Source: an uncultured virus (IMG/VR IMGVR_UViG_3300009159_007116) (lineage: Duplodnaviria > Heunggongvirae > Uroviricota > Caudoviricetes). From it: a stretch of DNA of 64,000 bases. The translations under genes were made by a program, and so were the position numbers. The stretch's first letter is position 1. Each line of letters begins with the position of its first letter. The notes under the pieces were generated by a model that was not told the origin of the DNA, did not search any database, and saw only the letters and a list, made by a program, of their open reading frames with translations. Location: IMG/VR virus record IMGVR_UViG_3300009159_007116, positions 1-64,000 of that record; one strand, 5' to 3'. Below are positions 33,529 to 42,536 of this stretch, in pieces.

Positions 33529-35820
33529 ATGTCTATTAAAGAATTGCAAAAATATACTGCTGTTTCTAAGTACGCTAGATGGATAGAGTCTGAAAAAAGA
33601 AGAGAAACTTGGGAAGAAAGTGTGGATAGAATAAAAGATATGATGATTGAAGTTAATCCTTCCTTGCGTGAAGATATTGAAAAAAATTATGGAATGATTA
33701 AAGATCAAAAAATATTAGGTTCACAAAGAGCATTGCAGTTTGGTGGTAAGCCAATCCTTAAGCATAATGCAAGGATATTCAATTGTTCTGCTAGTTATTG
33801 CGATAGATTAAGGTTTTTCCAAGAGTGTTTTTACCTACTGCTTTGTGGCTCTGGAACTGGCTTTAGTGTACAAAAACACCATGTTGAATTATTGCCCAAA
33901 TTTTCATCTGCTAGACTAGATCCAGAAACATGTTGTTATCAACATCTTGTTCATAGAGTTGAAGATTCAATTGAAGGTTGGGCAGATGCTCTTGGTGTTC
34001 TTCTTTCTTCATATTTTGAAACTCCAATAAAAGAGTTTGAAAAATACAAAAATATTGAAGTTGCATTTAGTTATGCAGACATAAGAGAAAAAGGTTCTCC
34101 TTTAGGTTGTGGTATAGGCAATGCTCCTGGCCATGAACCACTAGAAAAAGCTTTAGAAAAGACTAGGGCTTTACTTAATAGATGTCTTGCAAATGGGCAG
34201 ACACAATTAAGAACAATAGATGCATTTGATATAGTTATGTTTGCTGCTGATGCAGTTATCTCTGGCGGTGTTCGTAGATCTGCAACTATAGCTTTGTTTT
34301 CTGCTGATGACGAACTAATGATTAATGCAAAGACTGGTGATTGGTATTTTACTAATCCACAAAGAGCTAGGGCAAATATCTCTGCATTACTTCATAGAAA
34401 ATACACTTCCAAAAAAGTATTTGAAAATCTATTTAAAGCAACAAAAGAGTTTGGTGAGCCAGGATTTTTCTTTGCTGATTTTTACGATGTCTTATGCAAT
34501 CCATGCTGTGAAATATCATGGATAACTAGGCACTTTTACAAGAAGGGCAGTCCAGAACTGGCCGAAGCTTTGTCATTATATGAAGGACCAATAACAACAA
34601 AAGAGTCATGCAAAGATGATATGCCAGAAGATGAGGTCGGTCTTTCTGGTTGGGGATTCTGCAATTTATCAACCATTAATGGAAAAACAATAACTTCAGA
34701 AGAAGACTTCTACGAAAGATGTGCTGCTGCTGCGTTTATTGGTACATTACAAGCATCTTTTACCAATTTTCCATACTTGGGTCATGTTACAGAACTTATC
34801 GCTCGTAAAGAGGCATTATTGGGCGTTTCAATTAATGGTATGCAGCATCATCCAAAAATATTACTAAATCCAGAAATTCAGCAGAAAGGTGCTGAAATAA
34901 TAAAAAACATAAATAAAAAGTACGCATCTATTTTAAACATAAACCCTGCTGCTAGAACGACTTGTGTCAAACCAGAAGGTAATTCTGCTGCACTATTAGG
35001 TTCAACATCAGGCATTCATCCAGATCATAGCAAGAGGTATTTCCGTATTGTCCAAGCTAATCAGCTTGAATCTCCTTATCAATACTTTAAAACCATCAAT
35101 CCCCAAGCTTGCGAAGAGTCTGTATGGTCATCTAACAAGACAGATGATTGTATAAGGTTTTGTGTGCAAACCCAAGATGGAACAGTACTTAAGGAAGAAA
35201 TAGATGCTATATCTATGCTAGACAATGTTGTGTCAACCTATAAGAATTGGGTAGTGTCTGGTAAAAATCCAGATCTTTGCATTAGAAAAGAACTAAATCA
35301 TAATGTGTCTAATACAATACATGTACAAGATGATGAGTGGGATAAGGTAAAAGATTATATTTATGATCATCGTGCAGATCTTGCTGGAATATCACTTATA
35401 GCTGCTACTGGAGATAAAGATTACAATCAAGCTCCATTCACAGCAGTTTATTCAATTGAAGAACAAATAAAAAATTGGGGTTTTGAAGCTACATCTAGTG
35501 CTTATGAAATTTACCCAAAATTTTCTGAATATAACTTTAACTCTTTATGGGATGCGTGTTCTTGTGTTCTTGGTTATTTTGAACCAAAAGACAGCAAACA
35601 AGAAGAGTGGAAAAAATTAATTAAAACATATTCTGATCAGTGTTTTAGTTCTAATATAAAGTATGCCACTTATGCACTTAAAGATGCATACAATTTAGAC
35701 TTATGGAATAAACTTATAGATAGTTATTCAGAAGTAAATTATTTAAATGTATTGGAAGAAAAATCTACAATAAATATACAAGGCGAACTAGCTTGTGCTG
35801 GCGGTGCGTGTTTAGTATGA
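33529..35820 (+). CDS. nrdJ: class II (adenosylcobalamin-dependent) ribonucleotide reductase
   Basis: SQRALQF, FNCS, GSGTGFSV, SGGVRRSA, NPCCEI, FCNL, TCVKPEG, C-terminal CAGGAC; no nrdB nearby. Confidence 0.9.
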   Translation: MSIKELQKYTAVSKYARWIESEKRRETWEESVDRIKDMMIEVNPSLREDIEKNYGMIKDQKILGSQRALQFGGKPILKHNARIFNCSASYCDRLRFFQECFYLLLCGSGTGFSVQKHHVELLPKFSSARLDPETCCYQHLVHRVEDSIEGWADALGVLLSSYFETPIKEFEKYKNIEVAFSYADIREKGSPLGCGIGNAPGHEPLEKALEKTRALLNRCLANGQTQLRTIDAFDIVMFAADAVISGGVRRSATIALFSADDELMINAKTGDWYFTNPQRARANISALLHRKYTSKKVFENLFKATKEFGEPGFFFADFYDVLCNPCCEISWITRHFYKKGSPELAEALSLYEGPITTKESCKDDMPEDEVGLSGWGFCNLSTINGKTITSEEDFYERCAAAAFIGTLQASFTNFPYLGHVTELIARKEALLGVSINGMQHHPKILLNPEIQQKGAEIIKNINKKYASILNINPAARTTCVKPEGNSAALLGSTSGIHPDHSKRYFRIVQANQLESPYQYFKTINPQACEESVWSSNKTDDCIRFCVQTQDGTVLKEEIDAISMLDNVVSTYKNWVVSGKNPDLCIRKELNHNVSNTIHVQDDEWDKVKDYIYDHRADLAGISLIAATGDKDYNQAPFTAVYSIEEQIKNWGFEATSSAYEIYPKFSEYNFNSLWDACSCVLGYFEPKDSKQEEWKKLIKTYSDQCFSSNIKYATYALKDAYNLDLWNKLIDSYSEVNYLNVLEEKSTINIQGELACAGGACLV

Positions 35821-35915
35821 TAAGAACCAGTTTGAAAAGATCAAAAAGGTGTTCTTGTAGGATTAAGAAGATTAAAAAGGAAAAAAGGAAAAATGTCAAA
35901 AAGAGGAACCCTTAA
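35817..35915 (+). CDS. very basic 32-aa peptide
   Basis: MIRTSLKRSKRCSCRIKKIKKEKRKNVKKRNP; ATGA overlap with nrdJ stop, bridges to next gene. Confidence 0.35.
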   Translation: MIRTSLKRSKRCSCRIKKIKKEKRKNVKKRNP

Positions 35916-36762
35916 GGCATTTGGTGCTCCATTTAACATTGAACATTCAAGCTGTTCAAACATTAAACCAACACTATTTGATTGGACAAAACAAGATTCA
36001 GACATAGAAGTCTTTATAGACTATTCTATAATTCAAGAATCTTTTTCCGTTCCAAAAAAACAATCTGTACTTAGAGTTGGTTGGTTATGTGAATCCACTA
36101 CTATTTATGGCAACCTTTACGAATACATAAAATATAATTATAAGCATATATTCTCTTCTTTAGATTTTATTTTTACATCTGATAAATATCTTTTGTCATT
36201 AGATTCAAGATTTAAATTTGCTTACTCTTGCAGCAACATACCTTGGACACCAAGAGATCTTTGGGGTATTTACCCAAAAACAAAAATGTGTTCAATGATT
36301 TGCTCCAACAAAAAATCATGCAAAGAACATCTGTATAGACATTCTGTTGCTCAAATATATAAAGATAAAATTGATATCTATGGTGGTGCTTTTGATTCTC
36401 CACTCACTGGAGAAAGATTTGATAATTTTTATAAAAAAGAAAATGCATTAAAAGATTATATGTTTTCTATAGTAATACAAAATAATTTTAATTCTTATTT
36501 TTTTGCTGAATTACTAACTGATTGTTTTGCTTACGGAACAATACCAATATACTTAGGCACTCCCGAAATAGGAAACTTTTTTGATGAAAAAGGAATAATA
36601 CAATACACAGGCGGGTTTGATATTGGTACTTTAAGCGAAGAATTGTATAATAGTAAAATGGATGCAATTAATAACAATCTAGAAAAAATAAAATTAATGC
36701 CTATGTCTGATGACTATCTATATGAACAATGCACTAATATATATAGAGGTAATTATGAATGA
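35893..36762 (+). CDS. GT10-like (alpha-1,3-fucosyltransferase family) protein
   Basis: SMICSNK, YMFSIVIQN, DCFAYGTIPIYLG. Confidence 0.72.
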   Translation: MSKRGTLKAFGAPFNIEHSSCSNIKPTLFDWTKQDSDIEVFIDYSIIQESFSVPKKQSVLRVGWLCESTTIYGNLYEYIKYNYKHIFSSLDFIFTSDKYLLSLDSRFKFAYSCSNIPWTPRDLWGIYPKTKMCSMICSNKKSCKEHLYRHSVAQIYKDKIDIYGGAFDSPLTGERFDNFYKKENALKDYMFSIVIQNNFNSYFFAELLTDCFAYGTIPIYLGTPEIGNFFDEKGIIQYTGGFDIGTLSEELYNSKMDAINNNLEKIKLMPMSDDYLYEQCTNIYRGNYE

Positions 36763-36997
36763 GTCATTTCAAAATGGTGATGTTGTTTGCTTAAAATCTG
36801 GAAGTATGCCAATGACTGTTGTTAATACAAATAAAGAGACTAATGAAATTTTAGTTGCTTATTTTGATTTAGATGCCAATGTTATGCGTGATGGCTTTCC
36901 ACCAGAAGCACTTGAGTTTACTCATGATTCTTGGAAAATGAAATATTGCGTTGATTTACATGATGACGAAGACGAAGAAGAAGAGAATGGATTTTAA
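36755..36997 (+). CDS. DUF2158/YodC-family protein
   Basis: FQNGDVVCLKSGSMPMTV...FPPEALE. Confidence 0.8.
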   Translation: MNESFQNGDVVCLKSGSMPMTVVNTNKETNEILVAYFDLDANVMRDGFPPEALEFTHDSWKMKYCVDLHDDEDEEEENGF

Positions 36998-36998
36998 T

Positions 36999-37364
36999 AT
37001 GCCAACCTATGAATACACATGTGAAAATTGCAACGCTTCAACAGAACAGTTTCGTACCTTTGCAGAAGGTCATTTAGAAAAATGCCCTAGTTGTAAAAAA
37101 AATAAATTGGTTCAAGTATTTTCTGGTGGCATAATTAGTTATGTTAAAGGTGGAGAAACACTAGGCCAAATAAGCGAACAAAATTTTAAAAGAGAAGGTG
37201 GAAAAATAAAAGAAAAGATTGCAAAAGAAAAAGAAGAAGCAGATAATAAGCTTCCTTGGTGGAGGTCTGGAAAAGTAAAGGGTCTTGAAAAACAAGACAA
37301 AATATTAAATGTTGATAAGATTAAGAACATCAGGAAATACATAGACAAAGGAGAAAAAAAATGA
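36999..37364 (+). CDS. FmdB-family zinc-ribbon protein
   Basis: MPTYEYTCENC...CPSC. Confidence 0.82.
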   Translation: MPTYEYTCENCNASTEQFRTFAEGHLEKCPSCKKNKLVQVFSGGIISYVKGGETLGQISEQNFKREGGKIKEKIAKEKEEADNKLPWWRSGKVKGLEKQDKILNVDKIKNIRKYIDKGEKK

Positions 37365-37711
37365 GCAAGTTAAAGCAAGAAGACGAAAAAGAAAAGCCAA
37401 AAGAAGGTTTGGTAGATGGTGGACATGTAATTATAAAGTGCAGTAATTGCAATAAGCCATTAGTAGATGTTCTGATTGTAAAACCAAACGAAAAGAAAAG
37501 TGATGGAACGCCATTTATTTGGAAGTGTGTAGCAGAATGTTGTTACTGTAGCGATAAAAGTTTTATTACAGAAATAAAAGGAATATTTCGTGCTGCTGGA
37601 TTCATTGTTGAAGATAAAGAAAATCCAGAACATTATACTGAAATTACAAATTTAGATGATATTGTAATTGATGAAGATAATATTTTATTTAAAACATCTA
37701 GGAGAAAATAA
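37361..37711 (+). CDS. Zn-binding hypothetical protein
   Basis: CSNC...CCYC. Confidence 0.7.
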   Translation: MSKLKQEDEKEKPKEGLVDGGHVIIKCSNCNKPLVDVLIVKPNEKKSDGTPFIWKCVAECCYCSDKSFITEIKGIFRAAGFIVEDKENPEHYTEITNLDDIVIDEDNILFKTSRRK

Positions 37712-38055
37712 TGGAAATTTATGACGATCCAGAAATAAAGTCATACGGATATGACAAAGATGCAAATGATATAGATCCAAATGAGCCTTTTTGTTTAGCC
37801 AAAAAATCATTAGACATAACTAATAATACTTATTCTTATTGGGTTAAAATGTGTCTTTCGTCTTTTAGTCCAAGCAAATTATTTGATCCAGAAACAGATC
37901 TTGTTGAAGAACTAAGAAGGTTTGACAACTATACTGGCAAAAACAAATACCACTACAGAAAAGTTAGTGAAGAATGTTTTAATCATTATATTTCATATCT
38001 TACAACAAAAAAAACATCTTTTATTAGAAACGCAGACAGGAGTGCTATAGCATGA
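37711..38055 (+). CDS. hypothetical protein
   Basis: TAATG-coupled ORF. Confidence 0.72.
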   Translation: MEIYDDPEIKSYGYDKDANDIDPNEPFCLAKKSLDITNNTYSYWVKMCLSSFSPSKLFDPETDLVEELRRFDNYTGKNKYHYRKVSEECFNHYISYLTTKKTSFIRNADRSAIA

Positions 38056-38339
38056 AAAATAAAAAGTTTGTTATTGACGAAGTTAAAGAGTTTTATATAA
38101 AGTCAAACTCTAACTTACAAACAATTGAATCTATAGCAGAAAAAGTTGGTGCTAAGATTGAAGACATTCAAGAACTATATAATGCTTCAAAAACTAAAGC
38201 ATCTAATGCGTTTCAAATCTATAGCGGAACAGTTTCTATGACTGAAAAACAAGGCGTTGCAGATGACAATAATTCTAAAAAAGATAATATTAACCATGAA
38301 TTCTTAGATAGATATAAGAATACAAGGCATAAAATATGA
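38052..38339 (+). CDS. hypothetical protein (possible HTH)
   Basis: TIESIAEKVG; RBS AGGAG. Confidence 0.65.
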   Translation: MKNKKFVIDEVKEFYIKSNSNLQTIESIAEKVGAKIEDIQELYNASKTKASNAFQIYSGTVSMTEKQGVADDNNSKKDNINHEFLDRYKNTRHKI

Positions 38340-38752
38340 TTTGCACTAAAGAAGACGATTTTATTTTTGAAAAGCCTAGATGGATAGCTGTACTATCTGA
38401 TGGTACAAAAGTTTATCAAGATGATGATAGGCCAAATTCAGAAATAAACTCTGCTTGGATTAGATTAAAAAAGCACATAATTACTACTGGATTAAAAATT
38501 ACAAAGTTTTACTTTCAGTTTAGATCTAATTTTTTTGAACCTTTTCCAGAAAACGCACAAGGTTATTATTTTTCAAATGGGGTAATTGGACAGTTATCAT
38601 CTGACTATTCTATAAATCTTTTTGTTTCTGGCGAAATAATTGGCAATGTTGCACGAATAAAGAGTATAAAGGTTCCTGAGTTAATAGTAATAAATGAAGA
38701 AGATAGGATCTTAGAAAATCTTTCTATAGATCCAGTAATAATGAATGATTAA
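38336..38752 (+). CDS. hypothetical protein
   Basis: LSDGTKVYQDDDRP...SAWIRLK. Confidence 0.72.
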   Translation: MICTKEDDFIFEKPRWIAVLSDGTKVYQDDDRPNSEINSAWIRLKKHIITTGLKITKFYFQFRSNFFEPFPENAQGYYFSNGVIGQLSSDYSINLFVSGEIIGNVARIKSIKVPELIVINEEDRILENLSIDPVIMND

Positions 38753-38754
38753 TT

Positions 38755-39186
38755 ATGGCAAAACAACGAAGTGATGATAGCAAATACGAATCCAGACATG
38801 GTGGTGGTTGGATTACTCCAGCACAATTCTTAGCTGAAGTTATGTGTGAAAGAACAGCCAAAGAAAATTTAGAAGAATTACCTATTAAATTTTGGAACAA
38901 ACCAAGATGGAAAAAGGAATTCTTTAAACAACTGAATTTGGCTAATATAATCTTAAAAGATCATGATGCAGCAATTGTATCTAAAGCACTTAGATCTAAA
39001 GAAGGCAAAAATATATTTTCATTAGGTGCTCCTTGGCTTAAGAAGTTAATTATTTTGGAAGAAAAAAGCTTTAAAGAAATTTCAAGCTTGACTGAATCAA
39101 AAGAAGCTGTAGAACTTCCAATTAGAAAAACCTTTCAGCAATCTAAATCTTTAATTAAAAGAATAAAGGAACTAGACAATGAGTGA
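38755..39186 (+). CDS. hypothetical protein
   Basis: 143-aa ORF immediately upstream of recA. Confidence 0.72.
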   Translation: MAKQRSDDSKYESRHGGGWITPAQFLAEVMCERTAKENLEELPIKFWNKPRWKKEFFKQLNLANIILKDHDAAIVSKALRSKEGKNIFSLGAPWLKKLIILEEKSFKEISSLTESKEAVELPIRKTFQQSKSLIKRIKELDNE

Positions 39187-41200
39187 CAATCTTGAAAAAA
39201 TTCTAAAAGAAGTAGATAAACAATATGGCAAAGGAATTGCTATAAATGCTAATGACTTATTAGATGAAGAAAAACATGTAATACCTTTATCTCCAGCACT
39301 AAACTTGGGTTTGCATGGTGGAATACCAGAAGGTTCTTGGATCACATGCTCTGGACACCCAAAAAGTGGGAAAGAACAACCTGTCTCTGCCATAGTTTAT
39401 ACAGCTAATGGTCCAAAAAGAATTGGCGATATTACATATGGAGAAATAATTTGTTGCCCAAACGGAACAACATCTATGGTTTGTGGTATTTATCCACAAG
39501 GGGTAAAAGATGTTTATACAGTAACATTTTCAGATGGTTCAACAGCAGAGTGTGGGGAAAATCATTTATGGAATATAAAAACCAGAGAACAAGAATCTTA
39601 TAAAACTGTAATGTTAAAAGATTTTATGAATAAAATATATATAGGTAAAGGCACTAAGGCTAAATATTCAATACCAATAACAGCACCAGTAAAATTTAAC
39701 CAAATTAAAATTCCAATAAACCCATTTGTATTTGGTGCTTTGCTTACTGTTGGATTTTTTAACAAAAAAATTACTGCATTGATTGAGAATGAAAAACTGC
39801 TTGATCGAATTTGTAGTTTAATGAATGGAACTGGAATATCTTATGCTAAAGAAGAAAAACAATTAACAATAAATGTACATGATGAATTAAAAGAATTGGG
39901 TCTTTTTGGGAAAAAAACATCTAAAAAATTTATACCCCCAAACTATTTATACAATTCAGTAGAAAATAGAATGTCTTTATTGCAAGGAATACTCAGCTTT
40001 GCACATATAACAAAAACAGAAACTCCAATTCTTACAATATCATCAAAGCAATTTGCTGAAGATTTTAGGTTGTTGGTTCAATCTTTAGGTGGAATATGCC
40101 TGATATCTAGACACAAAAATAATGAAGAAAACTTTATTTATTATTGTTCTGTTATTATTAAAAATAAAAAAAAGCTGCTTGAATTTAAAAAAGAAAAATT
40201 TAAAAAGAAAGATGTAAAAAATAACATATCTAGAAAAATAATATCTGTAGTAAAAACAAGAAGAGAACAAAGTGTTTGTATCTCAGTTAGAGATAAAAGC
40301 GGTTTGTATTTAACAGACAATTTTGTTGTAACTCATAACACGCTTACCTCACTATCTTTTGCTGCTCAATGTCAAAAACCAGAGAATGGTTCTAGACATG
40401 TGTATTATCTAAACATTGAGGGTCGATTAAAGCCTATGAATCTAAGGGGCATAGCTGGCTTAGATTTGAACAAGATGACAATCTATAGATCTACTCAAGA
40501 AAAGATTCTTACCGCAAAGGACTACTTAAATTTGGCTTTTAAAGCCATCAATACTCATCCAGGCAGTTTAATCATCATAGATAGCGTTTCTGCTCTATGT
40601 GATGAGAAGGAAATGGATCAAGGTATTGGCTATGAGAATAGAGGGGCTGGTAATAAGCTTTTTGCTGGTTTTTGTAGACAAGCAGCTAATATAGTACCAG
40701 TACAAAACTGTATGGTTTGGGCGATTATGCATTTAACTCAATCTCAAGGTATGTATGGTGGTTATACAGAAAAAGGTTCTAGAACATTGCAATATCAAGC
40801 AGATGTTCAAATGAGAGTAAAATCTGATAAACCTTGGACTGTTGGCGGTGAAGGAAAAGACAAGCAAATTGGCCAGCAAGTGCATTGGCTAATTGAATCT
40901 TGTTCTTTAGGATCACCAGGAATGGAAGTAGATAGCTATATAAGATATGGCATTGGGATAGATAATACATATGAAGCAATAAATTTGGGTTGTCAGCTTG
41001 GACTTATAAATAAAGCTGGAGCTTGGATGACATTAGATTTTATGGAAAGACATCTTAAGTTATTAAAATCTGAAGCTTGGGATGATGCCACTATAAAAAT
41101 GGTTAAAACTCAAGGTGCAGAAAAAATGTATAAATTATTGTTAGAAAATCCAAAGTGGATTGCTGCTTTAGAAAAAGAAATTAAGGCTATTATATCGTGA
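39179..41200 (+). CDS. recA: RecA/UvsX recombinase interrupted by an intein
   Basis: LHGGIPEG, Walker A GHPKSGK|T, Walker B IIIDSVSAL, GAW. Confidence 0.88.
   Translation: MSDNLEKILKEVDKQYGKGIAINANDLLDEEKHVIPLSPALNLGLHGGIPEGSWITCSGHPKSGKEQPVSAIVYTANGPKRIGDITYGEIICCPNGTTSMVCGIYPQGVKDVYTVTFSDGSTAECGENHLWNIKTREQESYKTVMLKDFMNKIYIGKGTKAKYSIPITAPVKFNQIKIPINPFVFGALLTVGFFNKKITALIENEKLLDRICSLMNGTGISYAKEEKQLTINVHDELKELGLFGKKTSKKFIPPNYLYNSVENRMSLLQGILSFAHITKTETPILTISSKQFAEDFRLLVQSLGGICLISRHKNNEENFIYYCSVIIKNKKKLLEFKKEKFKKKDVKNNISRKIISVVKTRREQSVCISVRDKSGLYLTDNFVVTHNTLTSLSFAAQCQKPENGSRHVYYLNIEGRLKPMNLRGIAGLDLNKMTIYRSTQEKILTAKDYLNLAFKAINTHPGSLIIIDSVSALCDEKEMDQGIGYENRGAGNKLFAGFCRQAANIVPVQNCMVWAIMHLTQSQGMYGGYTEKGSRTLQYQADVQMRVKSDKPWTVGGEGKDKQIGQQVHWLIESCSLGSPGMEVDSYIRYGIGIDNTYEAINLGCQLGLINKAGAWMTLDFMERHLKLLKSEAWDDATIKMVKTQGAEKMYKLLLENPKWIAALEKEIKAIIS
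39374..40339 (+). mobile_element. class 3 intein (322 aa) with degenerate LAGLIDADG endonuclease
   Basis: Starts EQP, block B HLW, block F VCISV, ends VVTHN before Thr; inserted in the P-loop. Confidence 0.88.
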
Positions 41201-41595
41201 AAGTAATAGGTCTTGATGGTAAAACTTACTCTTGGACTTCTGGCAATGTTCCAGATCACGATGATTCTAAACCTAGATCTTCATTGCATTTATTGGCTAG
41301 GTCTATACTTAAAGCAATGTATCCAATGGATAGAATTTTAGAAGAAGCAACTTTGCCTGGTTCTGGAGGTCTAACCGCAGATTTTTGGTTGCCATTAAGA
41401 AAAACAATAGTTGAAGTTCATGGGGAACAACACTACAAATTCATACCTTTTTTTCATAATACAATGTTGAACTTTTATCATTCCAAAAAAAATGATAAGA
41501 ATAAAATAGAGTGGTGTGAAAAAAATAACATTTACCTTATAGAGTTACCATTCAATGAATCAGAACAACAATGGCGAAAAAGAATTGAAGGTTAG
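41197..41595 (+). CDS. PD-(D/E)XK / DUF559-like endonuclease
   Basis: ADFWLP...VEVHGEQHY...D..K..WC. Confidence 0.75.
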   Translation: MKVIGLDGKTYSWTSGNVPDHDDSKPRSSLHLLARSILKAMYPMDRILEEATLPGSGGLTADFWLPLRKTIVEVHGEQHYKFIPFFHNTMLNFYHSKKNDKNKIEWCEKNNIYLIELPFNESEQQWRKRIEG

Positions 41596-42067
41596 CGAAG
41601 AAGAAAAATTTGATTCTCTTTTAGATAGCTATGAAAATTCAATAGGTTTATCCTCAATCCCTAAAGATTTAGAATTTACTTGTATGAAATACTTATATCT
41701 ATCTCAAGAAGAATTAAAAAAAATGACTTCTGAAGATTGTGCAGAAGCGTGTGTTCTATTAAACAGTTTTTCTTTTCATTTATCTAGAATGCTAAACAGA
41801 GAAAAAGCGAAATTAAGATGGTGCAATGAAAAGATATTAAAGGCTGTTTCATCTAAGCTTACAGATTATAGATACTTTTCTCCAGATGAAAGAATGGCAT
41901 TGTCAGTTAAAGATGATGATTATGCACAAAAAGTAAAAATGCTTGCAGTAAAAATACAAGCAAGGATAGACAGAACAGAGTATTTGCCTATAAGGGTAGA
42001 GAAGGTTTCTGATACATTTTCTAATCTTTCTTATAATAAAAGGAAAAACAATGAGCGTAATATCTAA
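41555..42067 (+). CDS. helical hypothetical protein (possibly recombination mediator)
   Basis: Coiled-coil ORF in the recA-dnaB block; start uncertain. Confidence 0.6.
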   Translation: MNQNNNGEKELKVSEEEKFDSLLDSYENSIGLSSIPKDLEFTCMKYLYLSQEELKKMTSEDCAEACVLLNSFSFHLSRMLNREKAKLRWCNEKILKAVSSKLTDYRYFSPDERMALSVKDDDYAQKVKMLAVKIQARIDRTEYLPIRVEKVSDTFSNLSYNKRKNNERNI

Positions 42068-42536
42068 ATTAAAAGAAGCAATACAAAAAAGTGATTGGGC
42101 ATTAGTAGATGAAGTATTGCAGGATTTGGCTGGCGTTGTAGTAATTAATAATAAAAAAGAAAAAATAGTTGAACAAAAAAAAGAAGTTGTTGTTGAAACA
42201 ATTAGAAACGATGATATTCAATTGAATAAATTTATGGTGAATACGAATAATACTAAAGCAAAGACAAAAGAATCAGTTGCTAGGCCAGTATTTGAAAATA
42301 AATTTGTAGATGATCAAACTTTAGAATGTTCTTTTATTGAAGAGCAATCTAAAGAGCTACAACCTAAAAAATACAGAAGGCCAGTAGATGAATCTTCTGG
42401 ATTTCAAAGCGTTAATTGTACAAAATGTTCCAATACTATGGAAATAACCTCAGAGGAATATGCATTTAAGTCTAGGGATAATGAGTCTTCTGGATTTATA
42501 TGCGTTCCTTGCATGAAAAAAGCGGTGAGAAGATGA
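42051..42536 (+). CDS. hypothetical protein with C-terminal zinc ribbon
   Basis: CTKC...CVPC. Confidence 0.7.
   Translation: MSVISKLKEAIQKSDWALVDEVLQDLAGVVVINNKKEKIVEQKKEVVVETIRNDDIQLNKFMVNTNNTKAKTKESVARPVFENKFVDDQTLECSFIEEQSKELQPKKYRRPVDESSGFQSVNCTKCSNTMEITSEEYAFKSRDNESSGFICVPCMKKAVRR
42222..42250 (+). promoter_or_regulatory. bipartite promoter motif, copy 7 (intragenic, upstream of dnaB)
   Basis: TTGAAT-15nt-ACGAATAA, exact match about 280 nt before dnaB start. Confidence 0.6.
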
